From Candidatus Gastranaerophilales bacterium (lineage in GTDB: Bacteria > Cyanobacteriota > Vampirovibrionia > Gastranaerophilales > Gastranaerophilaceae), in assembly GCA_944325675.1 (NCBI GenBank), contig CALVAZ010000022.1, positions 1 through 61,729 of the forward strand: 61,729 nucleotides of DNA, given 5' to 3'. The translations under genes and the position numbers were made by a program. Each line of letters opens with the position of its first letter. Position 1 is the first letter of the stretch. The notes beneath the pieces were generated by a model, which was given only the letters and a program-made list of their open reading frames with translations, did no database searches and had not been told where the DNA came from. This document shows positions 36,016 to 45,429 of this stretch, piece after piece.

Positions 36016-36715
36016 ATTTAATTTTGCCTTCACTTTGGCGGAAGTTTTAATCACACTTGGAATTATTGGTATAGTTGCGATGATGACTATTCCGACCTTG
36101 GTGAAAGATTACAGACGTGCTGTTTCTATAACTAAGTTAAAGAAAACATATTCTGTTTTACAGCAAGCAATACAGCGCACAAAAGCAGATAATTTAGGAT
36201 ACTCATATGTGAATTTTTCTGACGGTGATACCCAGAAGATGATTGAATGGTACAATTATTACTTAAAACCCAATTTTAAAATTCAAAAGGATTGTATTGA
36301 TGAAGCTGGTTGTTGGCATTCTTCGGGCGTTACTAAAATGCTTAACGGTCAAACTGCGCTCTGGGATGCTGGTACAAAGGGCATTGGTGGCAATATTATT
36401 GTTTTTAGAACATATGATAACGTTTATATAAACCTTGATGGTGCGGCAGCTTCAGATATTAGAAACAATTTTGGTGTAAATATTGATATTCCAGGATTGG
36501 TTATGCATGTCGATGTGAATGGCGATTCTCCCCCTAATGTCATTGGTCGTGATATCTTTGTTTTTATATATGATAACAATGTTTTGGTACCTGCCGGATA
36601 TAATGAGACAAATGAAGTTGTAGAACAGGATTGTTCTGCCGGTGGACGTGGTTATTATTGTTTTTCATATATTTTACGTAATGACTGGAAAATTAATGAC
36701 GATATGATTTTGTAG
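35996..36715 (+). CDS. Prepilin-type N-terminal cleavage/methylation domain protein (pseudopilin-like)
   Basis: ATG 35996 gives MSKFCTKFNFA-FTLAEVLITLGIIGIVAMMTIP (class III signal with Glu+5). The track ORF start 35807 runs through yjbQ in another frame. Cys pairs in the C-terminal domain. Confidence 0.7.
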   Translation: MSKFCTKFNFAFTLAEVLITLGIIGIVAMMTIPTLVKDYRRAVSITKLKKTYSVLQQAIQRTKADNLGYSYVNFSDGDTQKMIEWYNYYLKPNFKIQKDCIDEAGCWHSSGVTKMLNGQTALWDAGTKGIGGNIIVFRTYDNVYINLDGAAASDIRNNFGVNIDIPGLVMHVDVNGDSPPNVIGRDIFVFIYDNNVLVPAGYNETNEVVEQDCSAGGRGYYCFSYILRNDWKINDDMIL

Positions 36716-36795
36716 TACAAGTTTGCCTCTTGTAATTGTTTTATGTTCTTGGTAAAATCACTTCATAGTACGAAATATAAGAGGGGATATTTTTT

Positions 36796-38325
36796 ATGTC
36801 TAAACGCGTATTGTTATGTATAATGGATGGGTGGGGAATAAGCAAAAATCATCCGGAATTTGATGCTACAAAATTGGCAAAACCGGTTAATGTAGACAGA
36901 TTGGAAAAAGAAGAACAGTTTATAAAGCTACGTGCTGATGGCGAATTTGTTGGGCTTCCTGCAGGACAGATGGGAAACAGCGAAGTCGGTCACCTGAATT
37001 TGGGTGCGGGTAGAATCGTATATCAGGATTTATCAAGGATTAACAACGCGATTAAAGACGGTTCCTTCTTTACAAATGAACGCTTTTTGATGGCAGTTGA
37101 ACATGCCAAGAAGAATAATTCGGCATTGCATATCTTTGGTCTTGTATCAACCGGCGGCGTTCATTCCTCTTTAGAGCATGTTATGGCGTTAATTAAACTT
37201 GCGGCTGACAATGGCTTGAAAAAAGTCTATGTACACGCTTTTTTGGATGGCAGGGATACTCCGCCTCAAAGTGCTTGTACTTATCTTCAACAAGTTGAGG
37301 ATGAATTGAAAAAATACAATTTGCCGCCTATTGCAACAATTATCGGACGTTATTACATTATGGACAGAGATAATCGTTGGGATAGAGTTGAAAAAGGTTA
37401 TAATGCGCTTTTATTGGGTGAAGGCGAAAAGGCTTCTTCTGCTTGTGAAGGCGTAAAACAATCTTATGCACGCGGTGATAATGACGAGTTTGTTTTGCCG
37501 ACGGTTATTGGCGGTGAAGAATCAAGAATTCATGATAACGATTCAATTATTTTCTTCAATTACAGACCTGACAGAGCTCGTGAAGTTTCTAAGGCAATTA
37601 ATTTTATTGATTTTGATGGGTTTAAACGTAAAAAGGTTCTTAAAAACATTTGCTATGTTACAATGACAAGCTACAATGAAGATTTTACTTTCCCTGTGGC
37701 ATTTCCGAAGGAACATTTGGTTAATATCTTAGGGGATGTTCTTGAGGCAAACGGAATTAATCAATTTAGAACTGCTGAAACAGAAAAGTATGCACACGTT
37801 ACATTCTTCTTTAACGGAGGGATTGACGAGCCTCAAGCGCATGAAACAAGAGTTTTGGTTCCGTCACCAAAAGTTGCAACATACGATTTGCAGCCTGAGA
37901 TGAGTGCACCTGAGGTTTGTGAAAATGTACTTAAAGCTATTGATGATCCGAAATACGGGTTTATTTTGGTTAACTTTGCAAACCCTGATATGGTAGGACA
38001 TACCGGTGTTGTTGAGGCGGCTGTTAAGGCTTGTCATACGGTTGATGAATGCGTCGGAAAAATTGCTGATGCTTGCAAAAAGCACGGTGTGATTATGCTT
38101 TTGACTGCGGATCATGGTAATTCTGAAGTGATGGTTAATGCTGAAACCGGAAAGCCGCAAACGGCACATACGACAAATGAGGTTCCGTTTGTTTTAATTA
38201 ATGCACCTGAAGGTGTGGAACTTAAAAATGACGGCGGTGCGCTTTGTAACATCGCTCCGACTGTTTTACAATTGTTGGGTATAGAAAAACCTGCTGAAAT
38301 GACAGCTGATTCGTTACTAAAATAA
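36796..38325 (+). CDS. gpmI: 2,3-bisphosphoglycerate-independent phosphoglycerate mutase
   Basis: LCIMDGWG, GNSEVGHLNLGAGR, FLDGRDTPP, ADHGN. Confidence 0.95.
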   Translation: MSKRVLLCIMDGWGISKNHPEFDATKLAKPVNVDRLEKEEQFIKLRADGEFVGLPAGQMGNSEVGHLNLGAGRIVYQDLSRINNAIKDGSFFTNERFLMAVEHAKKNNSALHIFGLVSTGGVHSSLEHVMALIKLAADNGLKKVYVHAFLDGRDTPPQSACTYLQQVEDELKKYNLPPIATIIGRYYIMDRDNRWDRVEKGYNALLLGEGEKASSACEGVKQSYARGDNDEFVLPTVIGGEESRIHDNDSIIFFNYRPDRAREVSKAINFIDFDGFKRKKVLKNICYVTMTSYNEDFTFPVAFPKEHLVNILGDVLEANGINQFRTAETEKYAHVTFFFNGGIDEPQAHETRVLVPSPKVATYDLQPEMSAPEVCENVLKAIDDPKYGFILVNFANPDMVGHTGVVEAAVKACHTVDECVGKIADACKKHGVIMLLTADHGNSEVMVNAETGKPQTAHTTNEVPFVLINAPEGVELKNDGGALCNIAPTVLQLLGIEKPAEMTADSLLK

Positions 38326-38335
38326 TAAGGAATGT

Positions 38336-41305
38336 ATGACTGATAAAAATAACTGGGATATAGATTTTTCTTTCAAAAAGAATAACGTGGATGAATTGTT
38401 TTTTAACCTGAGTGAAAATCCTGATGGGTTTAAAAACAAGGATTTCCGCTATACCTTGAGTATGATTTATCAAATAGTTGAAGACGAGTTTGAGGGTGTA
38501 TTTTTAAGCCCGTATACTCCTTCGAGAAATACTAATTTCTTTTTGGTTAACGAAAATGACAAACTTTCATTCTTCGTTACTCCCACAAATAATTTTCAAT
38601 ATTATCTTAAGTCAAAGGGTTCTTTATTCCGATTTCATTCTCAAGTTTTAGGGAAAGATGTCGGGTATGCTTTGGCGCTGGATGTGGTTTTGGATTATTT
38701 TGGCGGATTCGGTAATATAGTTGACTTAGAGTCACTTACTCCTACTTTTATATACATGAATAAGCTCACGTATTTTGTTATGAAGCTTATCGAAAAATTG
38801 TATTTTATCCCGACGGTAAAGCGTCATGGCCAAATGTTTAGGATTGTATATGAGCCGATTATTTCAAATCAGCAGCTTGCAAGAATTGTTAATCAGTTTG
38901 AAGAAAATATGCCCGAAAACCTTTTTATTAAAGGTGAAAAGCCTAAGAATTTTGTATATGAATTTATTTATAACTATTTGAATTACGTTATTTATAAATT
39001 TTTAGGGATAAAAGCGTACAGATTTAAAGATGTTAAGTCAGGTACCTATTTGATAAAGGATTTGGAACAACGCTCTGTTATGAAGGGTGTTGATTTGGCG
39101 GAAAGTTTTTCACAATGGTTTGACGAACTTTATCTCGGCAAATACGACGTTATACCATTTTTCAAGATTGAAAAAATTGAAGATGAATTATTTAGGCTTA
39201 AAGTTCACATTAAAAACAGGAAAACTGATGAGAGCGTTTTAATTGACAAATTGTATACTGATGAAGAAGTTTTTGGAGCTAATTCATCTGACATAGCAAG
39301 AATTGTCGAAAAGCAGTTGAATTATGCTATAAGATATATGCCTGAACTTGAGGATTTGTTTGAAGATGAAGAAAAACTCGCGCTTGACTTGAACCTAAAT
39401 GAGGTTTATAAAATAATTACTCAAACGGCTTATTATCTGCAAAAGGCTCAAATAGATGTTATTTTACCGCCTGAACTTGTTAATGTTGTTGTGCCGCGTG
39501 CATCTATTAATGCTAAGGTTAAGGCATCACGCTCTGCGGATTTGGCGGATATTTTCAACAGTAATTCGTCTGCAAAAATTTCACTCGATGATATTTTGGA
39601 TTTCTCTTATGAAATAGCAATCGGAAATGACAAAATTTCACTCGAAGAATTTAACAAACTTGTTTCCGAAAGCACAGGGCTTATCAAATATAAGAATAAG
39701 TACGTCCTTGTTGATAAAGAGGACAGTAAAAAGATTTTTGAGCAAATTGCAAAAGCTAATTTGAAATCAATGTCCAGAATGGAATTGATTCACGCTGCTA
39801 TGTCGGGTCAGATTGATGAATATGATTTTGACTACGATGATGCGTTTGCAAGAGTCATAAAAGACTTTACAAAACCGGTTGAGGTGACTGTTCCGAAAGC
39901 TCTTAACGGGGAATTGAGGCCTTATCAACAGGTTGGTTTGAAATGGCTTTGGACAAATGTCTCCAAGGGTTTTGGTGCTTGTATGGCAGATGATATGGGG
40001 CTGGGAAAAACTATTCAGGTTATAAGCCTTATATTAAAGTTAAAAGAGGAGGGCAAGTTAACTAAACCTGTCCTTGTAATTTGTCCTACAACCCTTATGG
40101 GTAACTGGATGAAAGAACTGCAAATGTTTGCACCGACCCTTGATGCGGTTGTATATCATGGTGCGGAAAGAGCTTTGGATGTTAAGCATGATGTGATTTT
40201 GACAACTTATGCAATAATGCGCATTGATGTTGAGGAGCTCAAAAAACAAACTTGGGGTATGATTGTAGTTGATGAAGCTCAAAATATTAAAAATCCGGAT
40301 ACCGCGCAGACTTTGGCTATTAAAATGTTGAAATCCGATATAAAAATTGCGATGACCGGTACCCCTGTTGAAAATAGATTAACAGAGTTGTGGAGTATTT
40401 TTGATTTTATTAATAAGGGGTATTTGGGTTCGTTAAAAGATTTTCAAAAGAGTTATGCCATTCCTATTGAAAGATTTAAGGAAACAAGTCGTGCAGCTAA
40501 ATTAAAAATGTCGGTATCACCTTTTGTATTAAGACGTTTGAAAACTGATAAGCACGTAATAACTGATTTGCCTGAAAAAATGGTGCTTAATGAATACTGT
40601 TACTTGTCTAAACCTCAGGCTGTCTTGTATGAAAAGACACTTAACGAAATGATGGATAAGATTAGTGGATTTACGGGTATCAACAGACGCGGTAATATTT
40701 TTAAACTTATTACAGCATTAAAACAAATTTGTAACCACCCTTATCAATTCTTGAAATCAGGTGAAATGAGTAAAGAATTGTCCGGTAAAATGGAAAAATG
40801 TGTTTCTACCGTGCAAACGATAATTGATAATAACGAAAAGGCATTAATATTTACTCAATACAAGGAAATGGGCGATATATTGACTAAGATTATTGCACAA
40901 GAATGCAATATTGAACCTCTGTTTTTCCATGGCTCTTTGACAGTTTCTCAGAGAGAAGAGTTGATTGACAAATTCCAAAATGATGATGAAACTAAGTTGA
41001 TGATATTGTCATTAAAAGCCGGTGGTACAGGTTTGAATCTTACTAGGGCAACAAATGTTATTCACTACGATTTGTGGTGGAATCCAGCGGTTGAAGATCA
41101 GGCAACAGACAGAACTTATCGTATCGGGCAGGACAAAAATGTGCTTGTACACAGAATGATTACGCTTGGGACTTTTGAAGAAAAAATTGACGAGATGTTA
41201 AAGTCTAAAAAAGAGCTTGCTGATTTGGCGGTTTACGAAGGTGAAAAGATTATTACGGAACTTTCAGACGAAGAAATTTACAACATATTTACTCTGTCGG
41301 CTTAG
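38336..41305 (+). CDS. SNF2-family DNA-dependent ATPase with a long N-terminal associated region (YwqA/RapA-like)
   Basis: LRPYQQVGLKWL, DDMGLGKT, DEAQNIKN, TGTPVEN, LKAGGTGLNLT..A..VIHYDLWWNP and QATDRTYRIGQ. Confidence 0.85.
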   Translation: MTDKNNWDIDFSFKKNNVDELFFNLSENPDGFKNKDFRYTLSMIYQIVEDEFEGVFLSPYTPSRNTNFFLVNENDKLSFFVTPTNNFQYYLKSKGSLFRFHSQVLGKDVGYALALDVVLDYFGGFGNIVDLESLTPTFIYMNKLTYFVMKLIEKLYFIPTVKRHGQMFRIVYEPIISNQQLARIVNQFEENMPENLFIKGEKPKNFVYEFIYNYLNYVIYKFLGIKAYRFKDVKSGTYLIKDLEQRSVMKGVDLAESFSQWFDELYLGKYDVIPFFKIEKIEDELFRLKVHIKNRKTDESVLIDKLYTDEEVFGANSSDIARIVEKQLNYAIRYMPELEDLFEDEEKLALDLNLNEVYKIITQTAYYLQKAQIDVILPPELVNVVVPRASINAKVKASRSADLADIFNSNSSAKISLDDILDFSYEIAIGNDKISLEEFNKLVSESTGLIKYKNKYVLVDKEDSKKIFEQIAKANLKSMSRMELIHAAMSGQIDEYDFDYDDAFARVIKDFTKPVEVTVPKALNGELRPYQQVGLKWLWTNVSKGFGACMADDMGLGKTIQVISLILKLKEEGKLTKPVLVICPTTLMGNWMKELQMFAPTLDAVVYHGAERALDVKHDVILTTYAIMRIDVEELKKQTWGMIVVDEAQNIKNPDTAQTLAIKMLKSDIKIAMTGTPVENRLTELWSIFDFINKGYLGSLKDFQKSYAIPIERFKETSRAAKLKMSVSPFVLRRLKTDKHVITDLPEKMVLNEYCYLSKPQAVLYEKTLNEMMDKISGFTGINRRGNIFKLITALKQICNHPYQFLKSGEMSKELSGKMEKCVSTVQTIIDNNEKALIFTQYKEMGDILTKIIAQECNIEPLFFHGSLTVSQREELIDKFQNDDETKLMILSLKAGGTGLNLTRATNVIHYDLWWNPAVEDQATDRTYRIGQDKNVLVHRMITLGTFEEKIDEMLKSKKELADLAVYEGEKIITELSDEEIYNIFTLSA

Positions 41306-41340
41306 TAGCAAAAAATAATTTGTTTTGATTTCTTTTAAGT

Positions 41341-41559
41341 ATGGACTTGATGAAACCCGGAATATATGATAGATATCTTGAAAAATTAGGGCAAAAAACT
41401 CCTGCAAAAAAAGTCGTTAAACCTAATGTCGCTCCTGAATTGATTGAATCCGCCAAAAGACTTTTAGGTGATGTTTCAGACCAATTTGTTCCCTGTGAGA
41501 CGGTGAAAAAAAGACGAAAAAAGTCCTTTTTTAGACTAGACAGAATGATTGTTAAGTAG
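41341..41559 (+). CDS. Small basic hypothetical protein
   Basis: 72-codon ATG ORF 36 nt after the SNF2 gene; Lys/Arg-rich; no SD; no recognisable motif. Confidence 0.3.
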   Translation: MDLMKPGIYDRYLEKLGQKTPAKKVVKPNVAPELIESAKRLLGDVSDQFVPCETVKKRRKKSFFRLDRMIVK

Positions 41560-41564
41560 TTTTC

Positions 41565-41593
41565 TTGATATTTATTTTTGTTTATGTTACAAT
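41565..41593 (+). promoter_or_regulatory. Sigma70-type promoter of rpsU
   Basis: TTGATA (41565-41570), 17 nt spacer, TACAAT (41588-41593). Confidence 0.5.
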
Positions 41594-41637
41594 GCAGTCT
41601 GTACCCGATAAGATTTATAAAGGTGGTGAAAATATAA

Positions 41638-41811
41638 ATGGCAGAAGTTAAAGTTGGAGAAAACGAATCAATCGAAAGCGCATTGAGAAATTTTAAGAAA
41701 AAAATCCAAAAGGCAGGTATACTTTCTGAAGTTAAAAAACGCGAAAGATACGAAAAGCCTAGCGTAAAAAGAAAACGCAAGTCAGAAGCTGCTCGCAAGA
41801 GAAAAGTTTAA
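41638..41811 (+). CDS. rpsU: 30S ribosomal protein S21
   Basis: Not in the ORF track (57 aa). Hand translation [57 protein letters not shown]; GGTGGTGA RBS. Confidence 0.9.
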   Translation: MAEVKVGENESIESALRNFKKKIQKAGILSEVKKRERYEKPSVKRKRKSEAARKRKV

Positions 41812-41825
41812 TGATATTGAAATAT

Positions 41826-41859
41826 AAAAAAGAGCTCCTCTATCGGAGCTCTTTTTTTT
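41826..41859. terminator. Bidirectional rho-independent terminator between rpsU and the convergent DUF2229-type gene
   Basis: A-run, GAGCTCC / GGAGCTC stem with a 6-nt loop, then 8 T. Confidence 0.7.
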
Positions 41860-41875
41860 GTTATTATTTTGAAAT

Positions 41876-42952
41876 CTATTTTGTTTCGATAAAGTTAGTA
41901 TTTGGAATGTATTCGGATTTGTGTCCGTCAATTTGAATTTTGTTAATAATATTTGCACGTTTTTTACGGAACAACATATCAACAAATGCTTCCAAACGAG
42001 TAATAAAACCTGCTTCGCCTGTGTGTTCGTCAATTGTAAGGTTAAGCAGAGGCTTATTAAATCGTTTTGCTTTTCTGGTAATTCTTTCAACCATCAAAGA
42101 ATCCGGTCCGCAGCCAAAAGCTGTAAGGGTTATGATACCGTCAACTTTATTATCTTTAAGATAGTGTCCGGCACTTCCTGTCATATCGTATTCGTTTGCC
42201 CAGTACTGTTCGTTTCCTAAAGATGTGATACCGTCGTCCAATTGCTCATTTGAAAGTTGTAATGATGTATAAACTTTTACATCCATCGCTTCAAGCTTGT
42301 CGAATATTTTCATGCAAGTTCTATCATCATATATGTTGTAACCGTGTGACACTAGCGCAATGGATATCGGATATTCTTTGGTTTGGTTTTCTATAAATAC
42401 TTTGCCTTGAAGCGCGTAGTTAAGAGCTTTTTTGTAGCTCATGCCGGATTTTGACATTATATGAAAATTATTGTAGCAGCGCCAGCCTGCTTTTGAGGCA
42501 CGTTTTATAATGTCCTTATCCGTAATCCCGTAATAAGAAGCTATTTCACCTAAAAATTCATACAGCCCCTGATTTTTTTCGGATTTGTCAAGTGTTGCTT
42601 CAACCATGGTAAAGTCGCGTTTTACAACGTTTCTGACTAAATCCGGCAATCCTCTTATTTTTGAACAGTTATATATTTTAGGTGCTATGGATTGTATTGA
42701 CGGTACGAAAATCTTGTCTATACCTTTGTCTAAAAGGTTTAAGATGTGTCCTATATATACTTTTATAGGCAAACATGTTTCCGTAACAACAAGCGCAGAA
42801 CCGCTAGACATTGTCTGTTTAGTTGTTACATCAGACAAGACAACTTTTATACCCAAATCCGTAAAAAAGCCGTAATAAAATGGGTAATTGTTATAAAAAG
42901 ACATCGCTCTCGGGATGCCTATCACTTTTTCTGTTTCGTTTGACATTTTCAT
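41876..42952 (-). CDS. DUF2229-type protein (CoA-enzyme-activase-associated, N-terminal-half type)
   Basis: IGIPRAMSFYNNYPFYYGFFTDLGIKVV, ETCLPIKVYIGH, TAFGCGPDS and the DEHTGEAGFITRLEAFVD tail. Paralogous to 14251..15396. Confidence 0.55.
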   Translation of the reverse strand: MKMSNETEKVIGIPRAMSFYNNYPFYYGFFTDLGIKVVLSDVTTKQTMSSGSALVVTETCLPIKVYIGHILNLLDKGIDKIFVPSIQSIAPKIYNCSKIRGLPDLVRNVVKRDFTMVEATLDKSEKNQGLYEFLGEIASYYGITDKDIIKRASKAGWRCYNNFHIMSKSGMSYKKALNYALQGKVFIENQTKEYPISIALVSHGYNIYDDRTCMKIFDKLEAMDVKVYTSLQLSNEQLDDGITSLGNEQYWANEYDMTGSAGHYLKDNKVDGIITLTAFGCGPDSLMVERITRKAKRFNKPLLNLTIDEHTGEAGFITRLEAFVDMLFRKKRANIINKIQIDGHKSEYIPNTNFIETK

Positions 42953-43051
42953 ATCCCGTTAGAAATTTCTACTACCGTTATAATACTACAATATAAAATT
43001 ATTTGCCATAGAAAAATATAAAATTTAACAATTTTGTTGTATTATTTAGTT

Positions 43052-43777
43052 ATGCCACATTTTTTTATAAAATCAGATTCAGTTGTTGGTAACGAGATTG
43101 TAATTTCAGATAAAGAAAATTACAGACATATAGCTAAAGCTTTACGCGTCAGAAAAGGTGAAAAGCTTCTTTTAATTGACGAAAATAAAATTCAGTACGA
43201 AACTGTTGTTGAAGGGGTTACTGCAGCTGAGGTTGTTGTAAAAATTGAAAACAGTTATAAATCTAACAGAAGTCTTGGTTTTGGATTATATCTTGCGCAA
43301 AGTCCGCTCAGAAGCGATGCGCAATCATTCGTTATTGAAAAAGCAACTGAACTTGGTGTAAAAGGGATTTATCCTGTTCGGACTGATAATTGTGCTTTGT
43401 CTGATGAGGTTATTTTAAAAAAAATTGAAAAGTGGCAAAAGATTATGTATGAGGCTTCAAAACAGTGTGAACGAGCGGATATTCCGACTTGCTTTCAACC
43501 TCAGGTTTTGGAGGAATTGATTGAAAAATTTGACAGAGTCATTGTGTTTTGCGAGCGAATTGCTACTAAAACTTTAAAAGAAATATGCCCTATTAAAAAA
43601 GGTGAGAATGTGCTTGTGATAATTGGCCCTGAAGGTGGATTTTCAGAAAGAGAATTTGAATTGTTTGAAAAGAAAAATTTGAATATGCTTACCTTAGGTG
43701 ATATGATTTTAAAGGCTGAAACTGCAGTAACTGTTGCGTTAGGAAATATTGTTTATGAATTTTATTCAAAAAATTAA
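43052..43777 (+). CDS. rsmE: 16S rRNA (uracil1498-N3)-methyltransferase
   Basis: MPHFF start, H..KALRVRKGE, and the C-terminal IGPEGGFSEREF SPOUT knot motif. The track start 43034 is TTG. Confidence 0.85.
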   Translation: MPHFFIKSDSVVGNEIVISDKENYRHIAKALRVRKGEKLLLIDENKIQYETVVEGVTAAEVVVKIENSYKSNRSLGFGLYLAQSPLRSDAQSFVIEKATELGVKGIYPVRTDNCALSDEVILKKIEKWQKIMYEASKQCERADIPTCFQPQVLEELIEKFDRVIVFCERIATKTLKEICPIKKGENVLVIIGPEGGFSEREFELFEKKNLNMLTLGDMILKAETAVTVALGNIVYEFYSKN

Positions 43778-45164
43778 AGATGACAAAATTTTAAATATGA
43801 TTTCACAAAATACTGATACTGATCTGTACCTTGTGGGCGGCGCTGTCAGAGATTTTATACTGGGTAATGAAACTTATGACAGAGATCTGCTTGTTGTCAA
43901 CAGAGAGGCAAGAGATTTTGCATTAGAGCTTGCTGAAAAATTTGATGCAACATTTGTACCGTTGGATGAGGTTAACAAAATTTACAGAGTTGTTTTTAAA
44001 GATAAAGTCAATTACATTGATATTACAAATCCTTTGGAAAATTCATTGGAAACGGATTTAAAGCGCAGAGATTTGACAATAAACGCTATTGCAGTTAACC
44101 TCAAAACTTATGAAGTTTCGGATTTTTCAGGCGGTATTGATGACATAAAAAATAAGAAGATTAATTATATATCGGAAAAAAATTTCACGGATGATCCCTT
44201 GAGATTGCTCAGAGTGTTCAGGTTTCAGTCTTGTCTTGGCTTTGATGTATCAGATGAATTGTTGAAAGTCGTTGATAAATATAAAACTCTTATCCACAAA
44301 CCGGCATTCGAGCGTATTAATTATGAGTTGGTAAAACTTTTTGGCGGCATAAATGCGCACGAGTCCATTCTATCAATGGATAATTGCGTTTTATTGGCAG
44401 AAATTTTCCCGTTTGTAAGTGAATTAAAGCAGGTGCCTCCTAATTGGCACCATCACTTGGACTTGTTTCATCACTCCGTTGAAGCAGTGCGCCAAGTTGG
44501 CAAAATTTATCAAAATTCTTCTCAAGAGGTCAAAAAACATCTTGAACGAGTGGATTTTGGCGGGCAAACACGCCTTGCACACCTTAAATTGGCCGCTTTT
44601 ATGCACGATATTGGAAAATATTCAACCTGGACAATTGAGGAGGATACCGGTCGTCACAGGTTCATAAAACACGACGATGTCGGCTCAAAAATGGCACGTG
44701 AATTTCTAAAAAATATGCACTTTTCTAATAAGCAAGTTGATTACGTTTCTTTGATGATAAAGAATCATATTTATCCGTCACATGTAATGTGTTCACCTGA
44801 AATTACAGATAAAATTATGATGCGATTCATTAGAAAGATGGATTTAAATTCTATTGATAACATAATTCTTGCAATGTCTGACAGGCTTTCTGCAAGAGGT
44901 CCTAAAATTACGGATGATATCGTTGAGAGGAATATTTCTTCCTTGAATTATCTTTTAAATTTTTATCTCCAAAAGCGAGATAATCTTGCACCTTTACCCA
45001 AATTGCTTGATGGCAATGAGGTTATGCATATCTTAAATATCAAACCTTCTGCACTGCTAGGGCATGTAATGGACGCCTTGCATGAGGCACAAATTTCAGG
45101 AGAAGTGCTTTCAAAGGACGATGCAGTGAAATTTGTCCAAAATTTTGCTCAAGAATTGAGTTAG
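43755..45164 (+). CDS. cca: CCA-adding enzyme / poly(A) polymerase family nucleotidyltransferase with HD domain
   Basis: LVGGAVRD, RRDLTINAIA, DPLRLLRVFRF, then HD motif FMHDIGK. ATG 43755 (the track start 43749 is TTG) overlaps the rsmE end. Confidence 0.8.
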   Translation: MNFIQKIKDDKILNMISQNTDTDLYLVGGAVRDFILGNETYDRDLLVVNREARDFALELAEKFDATFVPLDEVNKIYRVVFKDKVNYIDITNPLENSLETDLKRRDLTINAIAVNLKTYEVSDFSGGIDDIKNKKINYISEKNFTDDPLRLLRVFRFQSCLGFDVSDELLKVVDKYKTLIHKPAFERINYELVKLFGGINAHESILSMDNCVLLAEIFPFVSELKQVPPNWHHHLDLFHHSVEAVRQVGKIYQNSSQEVKKHLERVDFGGQTRLAHLKLAAFMHDIGKYSTWTIEEDTGRHRFIKHDDVGSKMAREFLKNMHFSNKQVDYVSLMIKNHIYPSHVMCSPEITDKIMMRFIRKMDLNSIDNIILAMSDRLSARGPKITDDIVERNISSLNYLLNFYLQKRDNLAPLPKLLDGNEVMHILNIKPSALLGHVMDALHEAQISGEVLSKDDAVKFVQNFAQELS

Positions 45165-45175
45165 TTGGCATAAAA

Positions 45176-45193
45176 TTTACAAAAATTTACATT
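45176..45193 (+). promoter_or_regulatory. Perfect HLR1 (RpaB-box) direct repeat
   Basis: TTTACAAA-aa-TTTACATT matches (G/T)TTACA(T/A)(T/A)-NN-(G/T)TTACA(T/A)(T/A) at all 16 specified positions. A degenerate second copy TTTACATT-aac-TTAACATT lies at 45318..45336. Confidence 0.4.
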
Positions 45194-45216
45194 TTTTTTA
45201 CTGTTGAAAAAATGTA

Positions 45217-45264
45217 TTTTTTACAATTTTTCAACTTTTTTTTATCTTTTTTACCATTTTTTTT
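45217..45264. repeat. Helically phased T-tracts (predicted intrinsically curved DNA)
   Basis: T-tracts start at 45217, 45227, 45236, 45247 and 45257 (spacing 9-11 bp), with a further T8 tract at 45192. TTGAAAAA (45204-45211) / TTTTTCAA (45227-45234) inverted repeat. Confidence 0.5.
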
Positions 45265-45390
45265 GTAAAAAATCTTTTAAAATGTTCTATTTTTATAAAA
45301 ATATTATAAAATGCGTCTTTACATTAACTTAACATTATCGCATTCGTAGGCAATTTTTGATTTTGACCGCTTTTAATTTTAGTATGCTGT

Positions 45391-45399
45391 TGTTATAAT
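45391..45399 (+). promoter_or_regulatory. Extended -10 promoter element upstream of the paralog pair
   Basis: TGtTATAAT, 30 nt before ATG 45430; no clear -35 and no SD in the leader. Confidence 0.4.
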
Positions 45400-45429
45400 G
45401 ACAGTGTTCGGAAATTACCAGACAAATTT

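Noticed and set aside
38336-41305. SNF2 helicase as part of a DISARM, BREX or Zorya-like defence system.
   Set aside because: No methyltransferase, phospholipase D, DUF1998, ZorABC or other defence partners are nearby. The flanks are gpmI and rpsU. It is more consistent with a housekeeping YwqA/RapA-like remodeler.
41289-41798. 169-aa minus-strand ORF spanning the SNF2 3' end, the small ORF and rpsU.
   Set aside because: It overlaps the clearly real rpsU (S21) and its promoter on the opposite strand, and its sequence is low complexity. A shadow ORF.
45212-45268. 18-codon ORF (MYFLQFFNFFLSFLPFFL) inside the T-tract region.
   Set aside because: It is a translation artefact of phased T-tracts (Phe/Leu codons), with no RBS. 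The DNA-structural interpretation is more parsimonious.
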